Below are positions 45,819 through 63,579 of a stretch of DNA of 64,000 nucleotides, piece after piece. The notes below the pieces were generated by a model. The model worked only from the letters and a program-made list of their open reading frames with translations. It was not told the origin of the DNA and did not search any database. A program made the position numbers and the translations under genes. The stretch is from the human T2T-CHM13v2.0 reference genome, Homo sapiens: assembly GCF_009914755.1 (NCBI RefSeq), contig NC_060932.1; one strand, given 5' to 3'. Position 1 is the stretch's first letter. Each line of letters starts with the position of its first letter.

Positions 45819-46384
45819 GCGTGGGCTTCCTGGTCTGGCATTCATGACCACTCATAGGCCCCCTCCATTCATCTTTCCATCTCTGTCTCACTTCTCTCTC
45901 TTGTAGGAAATCAGTTGAATGTACCTGGGCTTTCCCAGTTCTGAATCTTTGCTCAAGTGGTTCTCTCCCATGACTACCTCCTCCCATATCTGCCTGTTGA
46001 GAAATCTCAAAGAACATCTCCATGAAGCCTTTATGAAGTCTCCAGCCGTGAAAGGACTTTCACTCTTCTGAATTCCTATAGCATCTCGTCTGCACAGCTC
46101 TTATATTATGGTTAATTGTCTCTGTGTCTTTTCTTCTTTACTAAGAGACAGCCTGCGTAATGTCCTTATCCACTTCCGCATCTTTCTCAGCACATGCTTA
46201 GGAAAGTTGCATTGAATAAATCGTTGGCAAATGAGGGAGTGAGAGTGTGCCACCTCCAAAACAGGATGTCTGCTTGCTTCTTTGGTGAGGAATTAGGTCA
46301 TGGTATTCATAGTGTTCTACATCTTTGAAGTTACCCTTCTCTGATTACACACACCTCCCTTGCTCTGCTACTGGTCCCCAACCC

Positions 46385-46848
<464 letters not shown>

Positions 46849-47295
46849 AGCAAAGGTCATTATTGATAACTGGCATTGCAAAGAATTCCAGATATTGCTT
46901 AATGGATGATTCCTGAAAAATAATCAGAAAAAAAAATCTATCACTTCTCTATTCTTATTGCCAAAACATACCACAGCCATATTTTCAGGGGAGATGTCAT
47001 AGATGTCAGTCCATACATAAATGATGAGGTTGAAATTTGGGCAAAATGAGTTCATCAGGATAAGAAATTAGCACGTATGTGGCAATAATGGATTGGGGGA
47101 AGAGGTGGGAAGGTAACAGGGAGACACTTTGTTTTTGCCAACATAAGAAAAAAAGCCTTGAGTTTTCTTGTATTTCAAGAGTTTTCATATATATATATGT
47201 GTGTGTGTATATAATGTGTCTGTGTGTGTATATGTGTATATACACACCTTTGGTATAGGGAGAACCAAGAGAAGCATCAAGTCATGGGAGGTAAA

Positions 47296-47298
<3 letters not shown>

Positions 47299-47335
<37 letters not shown>
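47299..47335. repeat. (AC)n microsatellite
   Basis: Pure run of about 18 units. Confidence 0.96.
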
Positions 47336-47337
<2 letters not shown>

Positions 47338-48254
47338 CTAAGCTACAAAGCCAAATGTGAAACACGGTAAGTCCACATGGGCTCAAGTGAGAAATTTGCT
47401 TCGGGATAACAATTCAGCCAGAAAGTAAACCAGATAAAATACCCAGAGGTAGATAAAGAAAAGGACAGGGAAACTCTGTGTTGTACTTGCAATCTAAAAG
47501 GTAAGATTTTTCTCAATGTTCCATCCTGAATCGGCTTTACCCTACTGAATAAAGTCTTGAAGGCTGAACTGTGGGTAAGTTTGTGTGTTACACATTAGCT
47601 AAAGGGACCCCATTATCCACGAGTCAGGAGCTCAGCTAGGCGGAAACTGTGGGTAAGAAAACAAAGGCAGTGTGAAAAAAATGGCTGAGGGGGCTCAGAA
47701 GTTGGGACTGTTTTTATTTGTTTGTTTTTCTTAACGCCATGGTATTTTAGTCTTGTTTTGTTTTCTTGATCAAATGTGTAGTTTCATACTGTTGTGGAAT
47801 AGAGCCATGACTTTTATTTTGCAATTATATAGTTTCATTTCCCTTATATTTACGAAAACTACAAATTAATTTTTTCTTTGTGATGCTGATGTATTCATTG
47901 GGTTGTTACAAGAGCACAGGATGTCCCAATCTCCACCCGTCCTATCCACTTACCCCACCGGCAGCTGGTTTCCAGGTTCCTTGCCCTGGGTCTTAGGCTT
48001 CCTCTTTCTTTCAAACAAAAGCCTCCTTTCCCTAGTTCTCTCCTTGGAATCACAGAGGCTGGAGCTTAAGGAACACAAGTGGCCCAGCATTCTCAGGTTG
48101 CAAATGAGCAAAATGAGAAAACAGAGGCCCAGAGATGGGAGTGGCTTGGTTTCTGTGAGAAATGAGGGTCTCCCAGGAGGGAGCCAGTGCAGTCGGCCTT
48201 GCTAGCTGAATGTGTGTGGAAACGAAGGAAGTAATACAGGTGGCAAAGAGGTAA

Positions 48255-48602
<348 letters not shown>

Positions 48603-49039
48603 TAGTTTTTTTGAAGATCTGGGGAAATGGTAGCCTGTTTGAGAAGCCATTCTGCATCCAAGAAAAACAGACCCAGAAAGCCACCTGCTCATGCATACAA
48701 ATGCTAAAACTCCAGGAAAGTGAGTGAACAGAACACATTCACCTGCAGGCACTAAGGAAACTGATTTGAGATATAGAATCCTGGAACATTTGTGCTAGAA
48801 AGAACCTCACAAGTCGTCTACTCTTATTCCCTTATTTTACAGGTCAAGAAACTCAATCCCAAAGATCACAAAGCTGATTAGAGGAGGGTCCTGATCCGAC
48901 CCCCGAAAGCCCTCTCTACTGTCCTGAGTGGCCACCAAGTTTGCCTTTGAGAAACATCATGGGATTGTTGTTTGGATGTTGATTTATCTGTGTCCAGTTC
49001 TGCTTATTATGGGCTGGTATTAACATTTCTTTTTCTTCT

Positions 49040-49825
<786 letters not shown>

Positions 49826-49976
49826 TGAAAAAATTTTTATGCCTTTCTTTGTTGCAAACCAGTTGAGGCTCCAGTAAGCTGTGGTTTGAGAAGGTAGGCT
49901 AGGGAGCTAGCCTGAGTTGAATATGTCCGCAGATCATTTACCAATTGGTAAAACACAGACTTAAGTTTTTCTGTCT

Positions 49977-50283
49977 GGCTAGGCATGGTGGCTCATGCCT
50001 TGTAATTTCGGCTCTTTGGGAGGTCAAAGCAGGATTGCTTGAGGTTAAGACTTCAAGACCAGCCTGGGCAACATGGCGAGACCTCGTCTCTACAAAAAAT
50101 TTAAAAATTAGCTGGGTGTGGTAGCCTATGCCTGTAATCCCAACCACTCGGGAGGCTGAGATGGGGAGATTGCTTGAGCCTCGGAGTTAGAGGCTGCAGG
50201 GAGCTGTGATTGCACCACTGCACTTCAGTCTGTGTGGCAGAGTAAGACCTTGTCTCCTTGTCTCTCCAAAAAAAAACAAAACA
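49977..50283 (+). mobile_element. AluJ
   Basis: GGATTGCTTGAGG, GAGGCTGCAGGGAGCTGTGATTG. Confidence 0.9.
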
Positions 50284-50409
50284 AGTTTTCCTTTCTAAGG
50301 CCTAACCCTGTCTAAAGGAAGTGTAACCCCAAAGATCAAATAATCGATTATCAAAAATACGTGGAGCTCCCACTCTCTGCCCCACTGTATATATACAAAA
50401 GAGGAGTGG

Positions 50410-50648
50410 GGTGGCGGGATGGTAGGAGTACAGACTTTGGGGCCAGGTTGTCTCAGCGTGAATCCTGGCTCCAGCATATATAAGCTTTTTGCCTCTTGAG
50501 TAAATTATTTTCCTCTGTGTTCAATTGCCTCATCTAAAACCAATGTACTATTGGTACTGCATTATAATTTGTTATAAAGGTGAAATGAGTAGGCATGATA
50601 AAGGACTCAGAAGACCACCTGGTGGCGCGTGAGCCGTTATCATTATTT
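50410..50648 (+). mobile_element. MIR
   Basis: AGTACAGACTTTGGGGCCAG...GAATCCTGGCTCC...CCTCATCT...AAATGAG. Confidence 0.7.
50612..50630. promoter_or_regulatory. Candidate CTCF site
   Basis: AGACCACCTGGTGGCGCGT compared with consensus TGGCCACCAGGGGGCGCTA; motif match only. Confidence 0.5.
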
Positions 50649-52968
50649 TGATCACCTGTTACGAGGGACGTGGTATTAGCAGAGGTGTCTGCCTGCTCTC
50701 CAGAAACAAACTTCTTTTTGGTGAAAACTAGGCTAAGAGTAAGAAACTATTAGCAAACATCATAAAGCAGTATTGATGAGCTGGAGTGATAAGAACAAGC
50801 ATCACAGAGCACGTGGTACTTCATAGAGTTCCTCCGTGTACCCAGGTATGTTTCATCTTTTCAACATCTCGAAAAAGCACATTACAGATTTTACTTAGTG
50901 GAAAACAGAGACTCAGAATCATTGCCTTGCTGAAGGATTCACAGCTTATAAGTGGTAAAGAATAAGAATCTTGGGAACTTAGAGACAGGAGAAACCAGTG
51001 TGGTCTAAGCCACTCAAGGAAGGCTTTGTGAAAATGTGACTTGAAAAATATCTTGAGTAAGATGAAGATGAGAAGAACATCTTGGGCTGGTACATGGAAT
51101 GGTACATGGTTCATCTTGGGCTGGTACAGTGTGAATGAGGTGTGTTTGTGTGTATGTGTCTTTAGAGTTGTGCAGTGCACAACCTGTGTGGTCATAGAGA
51201 GCAGCCCTGCCAGCAGGGGAAACCACATGGGCAGGAATGAGCAAATTGTCTTTGTAATACAGGAAGAAGGCCTTGTTTGACTGCCACAGATGGGACATTT
51301 AGTGGAGTAAGAAGACTGGTGTGAGAACGGGGTGTTGGTGTTAATGTTTGGATTACGGTCCTAGATGCTGAGAATTCCTACAGTGGAAGGAGCTTTGGAA
51401 TAAGAAACTCGTGATCTCACCCTTGCCTTGGCGCCCCCATCAGCTGTGTGACCCTGGGTAAGTCATTCCAACTCTCTGGGCTTCAATTTGTGCATCCATA
51501 GACTGAAAGGATTCAGCTGGGTGGCTCTCTCATTGTGTTTTCATGCCTGTTAAGATGTCAAAAATACTTGGTTATATGACTCTCTTTGCTTCGTTTACTG
51601 AAAGGAGAGGCTTGGGAAAGGGTCCTTTCCCATTTTTCTTTTACCCTCGGAATAATAGCCCCTTCTCAGGACGAAGGCTCTCTAAAGCCCTATTCTCTGA
51701 AGTATATTAGAGAAGGAAGTGTAAACATAAGATCCTTTTGGTATTTTTATTAAAAAATAAAAACAAAACCCAGGATGGGATAGACTTACCCTTTTCTCCT
51801 CTGAGTAATTAACTTGTCTCTCCCCTACATGGGGACAGCAGACCCAAGTATTTTATACTTCTCTTATCTCATCATTTCAAGCTCAGAGTTTTCTACCACT
51901 GTTATTTCCCAGTCTCTCTTTGGAATCTATAATGATAGGAATTCTTCCGTGCTTACTCTGTAGTCTGCACAATGTTTTGCAGCCCAAAATAGATGCAAAA
52001 AAGTGTGTTCCATTGACTCGTGTTGAATCATATAGGTAAAAAAACCAAGATACTTGTCACCACCTTACATTTGGGGAAACCAAGGCAAGGAATGGGAAAG
52101 TGACTTCACTGACGTGCAAAATAAAGGCTAGGCATGCTAACAGAGCTAAAGGTTTCCATCTTAAAGTCCTCGCTGTTCCCCACACGATGATGATGACAGT
52201 CGCATGTGTGGGGAGCGACAAACACGCTTTGCCAGGCCCACCAGATGGGCTTGGAAGCCAAGTCAGAGAGAGGCATTTCACTCTCCACATGTAATCGGCA
52301 TTTACCAGCATTTGCTTACAACAAGAAACATTAAACAGTTTTCCACATTTCCTCTAAATGAATGGGACTCCGCAGGAAAACCCTAAAGGGAAGTGTCTGA
52401 GAAATCGGTGGCAGAGGAATTTCACTATGAGGAGAGCGAGCCAGTTCATTCTGTTTGCTTGTTAATAAGTTCTGTGTCGCCAGCTCCAGGGGGAACGGCC
52501 TCTTGAATAGCTGGCGGGGAAACGCATTCAAGGGCTCTGCTTGATGAAAATAGGGAATAACGGGAAGGGAGAGGAAGGGAAATAACTTCAGAAAGGATTG
52601 GAAAGCTTGTCCTCTGGAATGAAAACAAGCTGCTGCTAATTTGACTAAGTTACTGCTGAGTCTGGGTTCGAGCTGAGCGGCAGCTGAGCCGTGCAGGAAG
52701 CTGCAGCCCTGCTTTTCTGGCTCCTCTTTGCAATTTATATGCAGCCAATGTTACGTCTCATTCTTTCAGATAAGGCTGCATTTAGAATCCAGTGTGTTTC
52801 AAAAGACAAGCTGCAGAGGCTGGGGTGTGTGTATGACCTGGTTAGAGAGGTGGTTGATACTGATTGTGGATCAAGAAATAGATGAGAAATGTTTCCCTAT
52901 GTGAAGCATTATCTAGAAGCAATACATGGCCGTGTCGCTCTCCTTAAGGAACATTCATTTGATCATCT

Positions 52969-53452
52969 TGATGCAGGGCAGGTGAGCCCCAAAGTGGGGC
53001 TTAGCCCACGAGGTTTCTTGGCTTCACCCAGGAAAGAATTTAAGGGTGAGCTAGTGGTAGGGTAGAAGAAAACAGTTTTATTCAAGTGGCAGCGTTACAA
53101 GTCCATGACTGTTTCCTGCACAGCAGGGCTGCCCCGTTGGCAGTGTGTTGACGGTAGCAGCTCAGGGTAGTTTTGCAGTTATATTTATACCTACTTTTAG
53201 TTACATGCAGATTAAGGGGCAGTACATGCAGAAATTTTTAGGGAAGGGGTAATAACTTTTAGATGTCAAGTCATTGCCATGGAAAGGGGCAGTAACTCTC
53301 AGATGTTGCCATGACAATGGTAAACTCACATGGCACACTGGTAGGTGTGTCTTATGGAAAACCACTTCCACCTTATCCCTGTTTTAGCTAATCCTCAATT
53401 TGGTCAGGTGTCCGAGCTCTGCCTCTGGAGTCAAGTCCTACCTCCTGCCTCA
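52969..53452 (-). mobile_element. ERV1 solo LTR (MER66-like)
   Basis: TG...CA termini, 484 bp, exact 4 bp TSD ATCT (52965-52968, 53453-53456), minus-strand AATAAA near 53080; family name from memory. Confidence 0.85.
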
Positions 53453-53788
53453 ATCTGGCCAACAAATATTTATATCTGTGCTGTCCTGGGACGTGAAGCC
53501 AATTGAGTTGTGTACCTGGTTCTCAAAGACACTGATGAAGACAGAAAATAAATAGAAAATCATGATACAAGATATATGCCGTTCAGGGTACAGATTTGCA
53601 TAGGTTCTTAAGGAAGGGGTACCTGTCCCAGGCTGAGGAAGATGGAGAAGGCAGGGTATGGAAAATCTGCCTAGAGGATGGGGTTCCTGAAGGAGAATTA
53701 GGAGTGAGTTAGCTGGTTTTCCTTCCACAATAAAAGGTGTGAGATTTAAGTACTCTGGGACCCACTGAAATTGTCTGCAAATTGGTGT

Positions 53789-53824
53789 GTTATGTTATGT
53801 TATGTTATGTTATGTTACGTTATG
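53789..53824. repeat. (TTATG)n pentanucleotide repeat
   Basis: About 7 units. Confidence 0.9.
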
Positions 53825-54335
53825 TACATCTGCCTTTCTCCGGAGGGGACACATAACTTATCAGATTCTTAGAGGCCTAAGACCTTTTCTATCCCTAATT
53901 AATGATTTATGTTAACTGTGCAATACTTCTGAATATTTTACTGATGTCCAAATAATAGACATTCTATTTTCGTTTCTATGTGTATATATTTGCTTCTATA
54001 TGTGTGGAACTATAGCAAACATTTATGTAGTTAAATCTTTGTGCACGTGTTTTCTTTTTAAATTTTAGAAACGTTATTGCGTCATCAAAGTATGTGAACA
54101 CTTTAAAAACCTTTGGGTACATATTGTCAAAATTCCCTCTCCAAATTTATACAGGCTTATTACCAACAGAGGTGGAGTACCATTTCCCTGAACTCTTGCC
54201 AATGCTATTTGTATTGCCTTTTAATTAAGAAATATTTTAAATATAAATTGATACAGAAAATAGATGCCTATGAGCTTATTTACCTATATTTAATATATAT
54301 GACAATTTGCCATAGTGTTTTTCATATCTTAATAA

Positions 54336-54698
<363 letters not shown>

Positions 54699-54732
54699 TA
54701 GCTATCATACTGAGCATAGTTATTGTAATTTT

Positions 54733-55022
<290 letters not shown>

Positions 55023-55224
55023 TGTAATTTTCTTTAAACATTGATTTTTACTCTCTTCTAAAATGTTTTATTTGCTTTGCTTTTCCTTTGCTTCTCCCGC
55101 CTCTCTCTCCTACCATTCCTTGGACTGAACAGCTTTTGTTAGTCCCTCCTTCACCTCTATTGGTTTAGAAGTTATACAGATAATTTATTTCTACTCTTTT
55201 AGGAGTTATCCTTAAAATATTTTA

Positions 55225-56760
<1,536 letters not shown>

Positions 56761-57030
56761 AGCCTCGAATTAGTAACATGCATATGTTACTTAAGGACAA
56801 CTTAGGTTTTTAAAATAAACTTCAGAATGATCAGGACTCATATACCACTTTAATTCTGATCATCCTGACCTCTTTCATGGTATTGAGGCCTAGTATTTTA
56901 CTTCTATCCTCTTTTTGAGGCCCCCAGCATTCTTAATGACATTACACTTCATACATATGTGATGTTAATACTTCCTGGGTGTCTTTGCTCACCAGTGCTT
57001 TTGCTTCTCACTTTTTCCTTCTTGGTTTAG

Positions 57031-57990
<960 letters not shown>

Positions 57991-58025
57991 TTTATTTTTC
58001 ATTCACGATTACTTATTCCCTTCTC

Positions 58026-58410
58026 TGTAGGAGGATTATGCATACGCACTCTTGCCGTGCTTGTCTCTAGTGCATACCATTGGCAACTTTGGGTATGTGA
58101 TTTGTTTATATTAATAGAATGTGAGCAAGCATGACACAGGTCGCTTCTAAGCGAAAGCTTTCAGTACAACAGTATGATTGGCTTGATGTCTTGCATTTTT
58201 GCCCTCTGCCGCTATAAGAGCATGTCCCAGATGGGGACTTGTTCTTCAGTCTGCCTCCTGGAACTCACAGATTAGACCCATAGTCAACCCCCAGCCTGGA
58301 GTAGAGCCACAGGGAACCTGCAACCCTCATTTGACATGAAAAACAATTATCATTATAAATCATTGAGATGTGAGGATTGTCTGGTTACCGCAGCAAACAC
58401 TTAGTAATAT
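58026..58410 (+). mobile_element. Old MaLR LTR (MLT1H/I/J-like)
   Basis: ATAGAATGTGAGCAAGCATGACAC...TGAGAT..GGATTGT..GTTACCGCAGCA. Confidence 0.65.
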
Positions 58411-59019
58411 ATCAAATTTTACTTAAAAAACTATCTCTCTTGTCTTTCTCTAGCAAGTGGACCATTTAAAAAAAAGAAGAAGAAAAACAACAACCACAAA
58501 ATTATCTCTTTCTTTTAGAAAGTAAATGCTGTGAAAGCAGGGATTTTTGTCTTCATTCATTGCTTTCTTTTTCATACCTAAAATAGTGTGGGGTACATGG
58601 TAGAGCTTCATAAATATATATGGTATTAATTAACATATGCTAGAAAATTCTTAGTCATTTTCCCTTTAAATATTGCCTCTCCTCTTTTTCTCTATTGCCT
58701 TTTCCTGGAACTCCTATTAGATGTATGTTGGACTTTCTCATTCTCTCTTAACCACTCTTTTATATTTTCCATTTCTTTAAATCCCCAAATTCTTCATTGT
58801 GGATATATTTTTTTTAGGTTTTATTCCAATGACTATATGTTTTATTTCTTTAAATTCTATTCTACTCTTTTTTCAAATGTGCCTATTTTCAGAATGTGCT
58901 TTTCTTCAGTATGTTTTTTTATACCATCCTTTATCATTTTGACAAATTAAAACATATTTAGTTTATGTTTTTCTGTTGGAAGAATATTATCTGACGTTTT
59001 GGGAGATGGTAACTGCCAC

Positions 59020-59315
<296 letters not shown>

Positions 59316-59899
59316 TGGTAACTGCCACCTTTTTAAAACTTATGACTGTTGCTCACAGATTATTTTCTCTTGTGATTTATAATATTTTTGGAAGCTCAGC
59401 CACAGTGAGCATTAAAAAAGTATTCTTGTTAGAGCCACATGTGCTCTTTCAAAAAAGATCATTGGCTTGGGACTTTTTACCAAAAAAAACAAAAACAAAA
59501 AACAACACCAAAAAAAAACAGTGCTAATTTGTACTTTGTGCCCGCATAAGGCATAGACTTGAGTTTTCACCTTCTTCCAGTAGGTTTTTATTTCCTTTTT
59601 TGCTCCCCAGAAACCTAGTCAGAGATAATGACACTTTTTTCTTCACTGAGGTGTTAAATGGAGTTTTAAAGTTCACTCTTTACTGACAGTGCAGCCTTTT
59701 CAGGGTCCCTGGGTGAACTGCAGGGTCCTTCAGGGTCCCTACAGGAGTCATAGTATGTGTGAAGCCCCACCCTTCACTCTTAGCTGTGTATTCTTTGAGT
59801 CCTCTCTCTCCCAGCCTTCCACCATCCTCAGCCCTGAGGAATCAGCTTTCAAGCTCCTTGCTTTATCTTTGTCTTCCAGAGACTGCTTAGAAAGTTTTT

Positions 59900-61620
59900 T
59901 CTTGCCTTGAGATTAAAAAATCTCCATCTGTACTTTTTCTAGGTTTTAAAAAATTACTTATTTTTTTTTACATTGAAAGTTATAGGTCATGTGAAATTTA
60001 TTTTGGTACATGGTGTAAGGTAGATATCTAACTTTACTTTTCTCCCAAGTGGCTAAACAGTTGTCTAAACATATCTTATTAAGTAATTCGTTGTTACTCT
60101 CTGTTCACCTTTATCACGAATTCTTATGCATATGGGGTGAATTTCAGAGCTTTCTGTTTCACTTTAATGATCTGTCTGTCATTCCCTGTGCTATTATCAT
60201 ATTCTTTTAAGTAGTGTATCTTTCTAATACATTTTAATATTGGGAAATTCAGGCCACCTTGAAGTCCTGTTTTTTCTTGTCTGGTAGCAGATGTTTATTC
60301 TTTTTAACAAGCTGAAGAATTATTTTGTTCAGCTACACAAAACATGTTTAAGATTTGATTGAAATGAAACACATTTATAAATTAATTTAAAAATAATGGG
60401 CATCTTTATGACATTGAGCCATCTCATGAAGAAGTATTTCCTCATATGATATTTCTTCATATAACATTTGTTTTAAAACTTATTTTTTTGTTTTTTTCTT
60501 TTAAATGACTTTAAAATGCTTTAAGTTGTGGTAAAATAGACATAACATAAAATTTACCATCCTAACTATTTTTAAGCATATAGTTCAGCAGTAAAGCTCA
60601 TTTTCAGCTCATTCATATTTTAATATAACCCATGTTCAGGACTCTTTTCATGTTGCAAAAGGAAAACTCTGTACTCATTGAACAACTCCTCATTCCCACT
60701 TACTCCAGCCTCTGGCAGCCGCCATTCTACTTTCTATTTCTGTGAATTTGACTACCCTAGGTACTTCACATAAAGTACTTTTCTTTATGGAATTATATAA
60801 AGTATTTTTCTTTTTGTGACTGGCTTATTTCACTTAAAATCCTTAAGGTTCATTCATGTTGTAGTGTGAGTCAGAATTTCTTTCCTTTTAAAGATTGAGT
60901 AATATTCTATCATATGTGTATATCACATTTTGTTTATCCATTCATTCATCCATGAATGCTTATTTGGCTGCCAACTCGGTATCATGAATAATACTGATAT
61001 AAACTTGAGTGTAAAAATATCTCTTTGAGATCCTGATTTAAATTATTTGGGGTATATATATAGAAGTAGAAGTGCTGGATCACATGGTAATTCTATTATT
61101 ATGAATGTTTTATACAGTTATTAGTGGAATTTTCTCTGCATGATATTTTGTAATTGGTCCTTGGTGGCATAAAGAAAAATCTATTGGATTTTGTGTATTT
61201 CCTGTGTTTTTTATTAGTGGTTCTCAAGCTTGGATGCATATTAAAGGCATCTGGGAGCTTTTAAAACAGACATGGAGCCAGGCCTCAGTCAAGAACAATT
61301 ATATCAGAATTTCTGGGGTGAGCCCCAGGTATTGATAGTTTTTAAAAGCTTTCCAGGTGATTGTAAAATGAAGTAAAGGTTGACAAAGGTATTAGACTCA
61401 ATCATTGTTTAGTTGATGCACATGGATGTTTTAGACAAATAATATCATCTGCAAAGAATCATTTTCTATTCTTTTCTATATTTACACCTCGTTAATGTGT
61501 TTTGGACTTATCGCATTGACCAAAATTTCCTCAACAATGCTAAATACATCTTTGTTTTGTTCTTGATTTTAAAAGAATGCTTTTGCTTTAGGTATATTAG
61601 ATGCTGTTTTCAAAGAGATT
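59900..61620 (-). mobile_element. Decayed L1M fragments, including an L1MB-like 3' end at ~60520-61090
   Basis: GTGGTAAAATAGACATAACATAAAATTTACCATC; GGATCACATGGTAATTCTAT; AATATCATCTGCAAA. Confidence 0.75.
61216..61385. mobile_element. MER5-type DNA transposon
   Basis: AGTGGTTCTCAA terminus; ATCAGAATTTCTGGGGTGAGCCCCAGG; CCAGGTGATT. Confidence 0.8.
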
Positions 61621-62581
61621 TTCTTTTTCTTACTGTGCATTTCTTGAGCAAGATATAAAAGTAGGGATCATCTGAAGAGGTTACATTTTATCCATGCCTG
61701 TGTCTTTTGAAATTTTAGTATATATTTTCCTGAAGTAAGCACAGATGATTTTTCATAGAAATCGAATTATGAATGTATTTCCTATTCATGTCACTAACAC
61801 ATTTCGTAAAATGTATGTTGAATTATCAATGGATGCTGACATTTATGACATCCTTATCTGCTTTGCCCAAAAGCTACCTTGAGGCATATTAGTGGATATT
61901 TGCTAGCATTGAAACCATGGGTTAGAGCTGCTTTCTAATGGTTATGTGTTCTTCCCCTCCGCTTGGACAGATGACTCTCTGGACTGATGGAGTACATAGC
62001 TGCTCTGCTCCTAAAAGATACAGCCACCTTGTTTATTTCTACCTCTGCTCCTATCTAAAGAGACTTTTTGCTGGGGTTTGGCCTAGGCTGTGATGTGTTA
62101 CTACTGTTTCCCCACATTTCCTGTTTAGATGTTTCTGGGCATTGCTATATCTGATTGGTTGTAAAACAAATGTTGGGTGAGAACATGTGACAGAGGGGAA
62201 TAGTACCTGCCGAGACTAAAAGGTGGCACCTGCACCCCAGGTTTCTGGGTCTTACAGCTTCCGGGTCTGAGTCAGGAGACAACGGTAAGGAAGGGATGAC
62301 TTATCTTCCTTTCTCTTTTCTCTCTTTTTCTCTTTGTTTTCTTTCTCTCCTGTCTTCCTTTCTTTTTAAATGATCTCCATTTTATGAAGCACAGACTGAG
62401 ATTCATGAGGCAATAATTGGCCAGATTTTATTTAACAAAACTCTGTTTTTCTATAGATTCTGGGGATTCCTTCTGGGTTTGGCATTATGTTGTCTGGAAG
62501 ATTTTCTTTTCCTCTGGTGGTTTTTAATCTTTTAATTGAGTTGGGTTTTAACTTTTTAAAAGTTTTTTAAAATATATTTTA

Positions 62582-62893
62582 GGCCAGGCACGGTGGCTCA
62601 CACCTGTAATCCCAGCACTTTGGGAGGCCAAGGCAGGTGGATCACGAGGTCAGAAGTTCAAGATCAGCGTGGCCAAGATGGTGAAACCTGGTCTCTACTA
62701 AAAATACAAAAAAAAAAAAAATTAGCTGGGCATGGTGGTGGGCACCTGTAATTCCAGCTACTCGGGAGGCTGAGGCAGAGAATTGCTTAAACCCGGGAGG
62801 TGGAGGATGCAGTGAGCCTAGATTGCACTGCTGCACTCTAGCCTTGGTGACAGAGTGAGACTCCATCTCAAAAAAAAAAAAAAAAAAAAAAAA
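62582..62893 (+). mobile_element. AluS (Sg/Sc-like)
   Basis: Full dimer, long poly(A), ATATTTTA on both flanks. Confidence 0.93.
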
Positions 62894-63082
62894 AGGATAT
62901 TTTAGCGGGATGTTGGAAAAGATTGAATTAAGGCTTAGATTCAGATACTATTTTAAACCAGAAGCCTAATACTATTTTAATCAGGAGAGTGATGTGCAGA
63001 TCTGGACTAAAATGAAGATAAGAGAGGAAGCCTAGAGACCAGTAAGGGAAGCTATGATAGCACATTAAATTGTTGGAGGACA

Positions 63083-63401
<319 letters not shown>

Positions 63402-63579
63402 TAAAATAAGGTACTAATCTGAATGTCATTGGATATAACCAATCTCATGTAATAGAAAGATCACTGGGCTTGCTATCAAAAGCACTGAGCTTTAGCTCTA
63501 ACTAACATTAACCAGCTGTGCAAACTTGAACAACTCTTTTAACTTCTTTAAATCTGAAATTAATCACAGTTAAACCAAG

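Noticed and set aside
52236-52252. Second CTCF-like site CCACCAGATGGGC
   Set aside because: Lacks the conserved C after GG; too weak without binding data.
59700-59745. Three CAGGGTCC copies, and other short repeats, as a CRISPR-like array
   Set aside because: Irregular spacing, very short units, eukaryotic context and no cas genes; simple local duplication.
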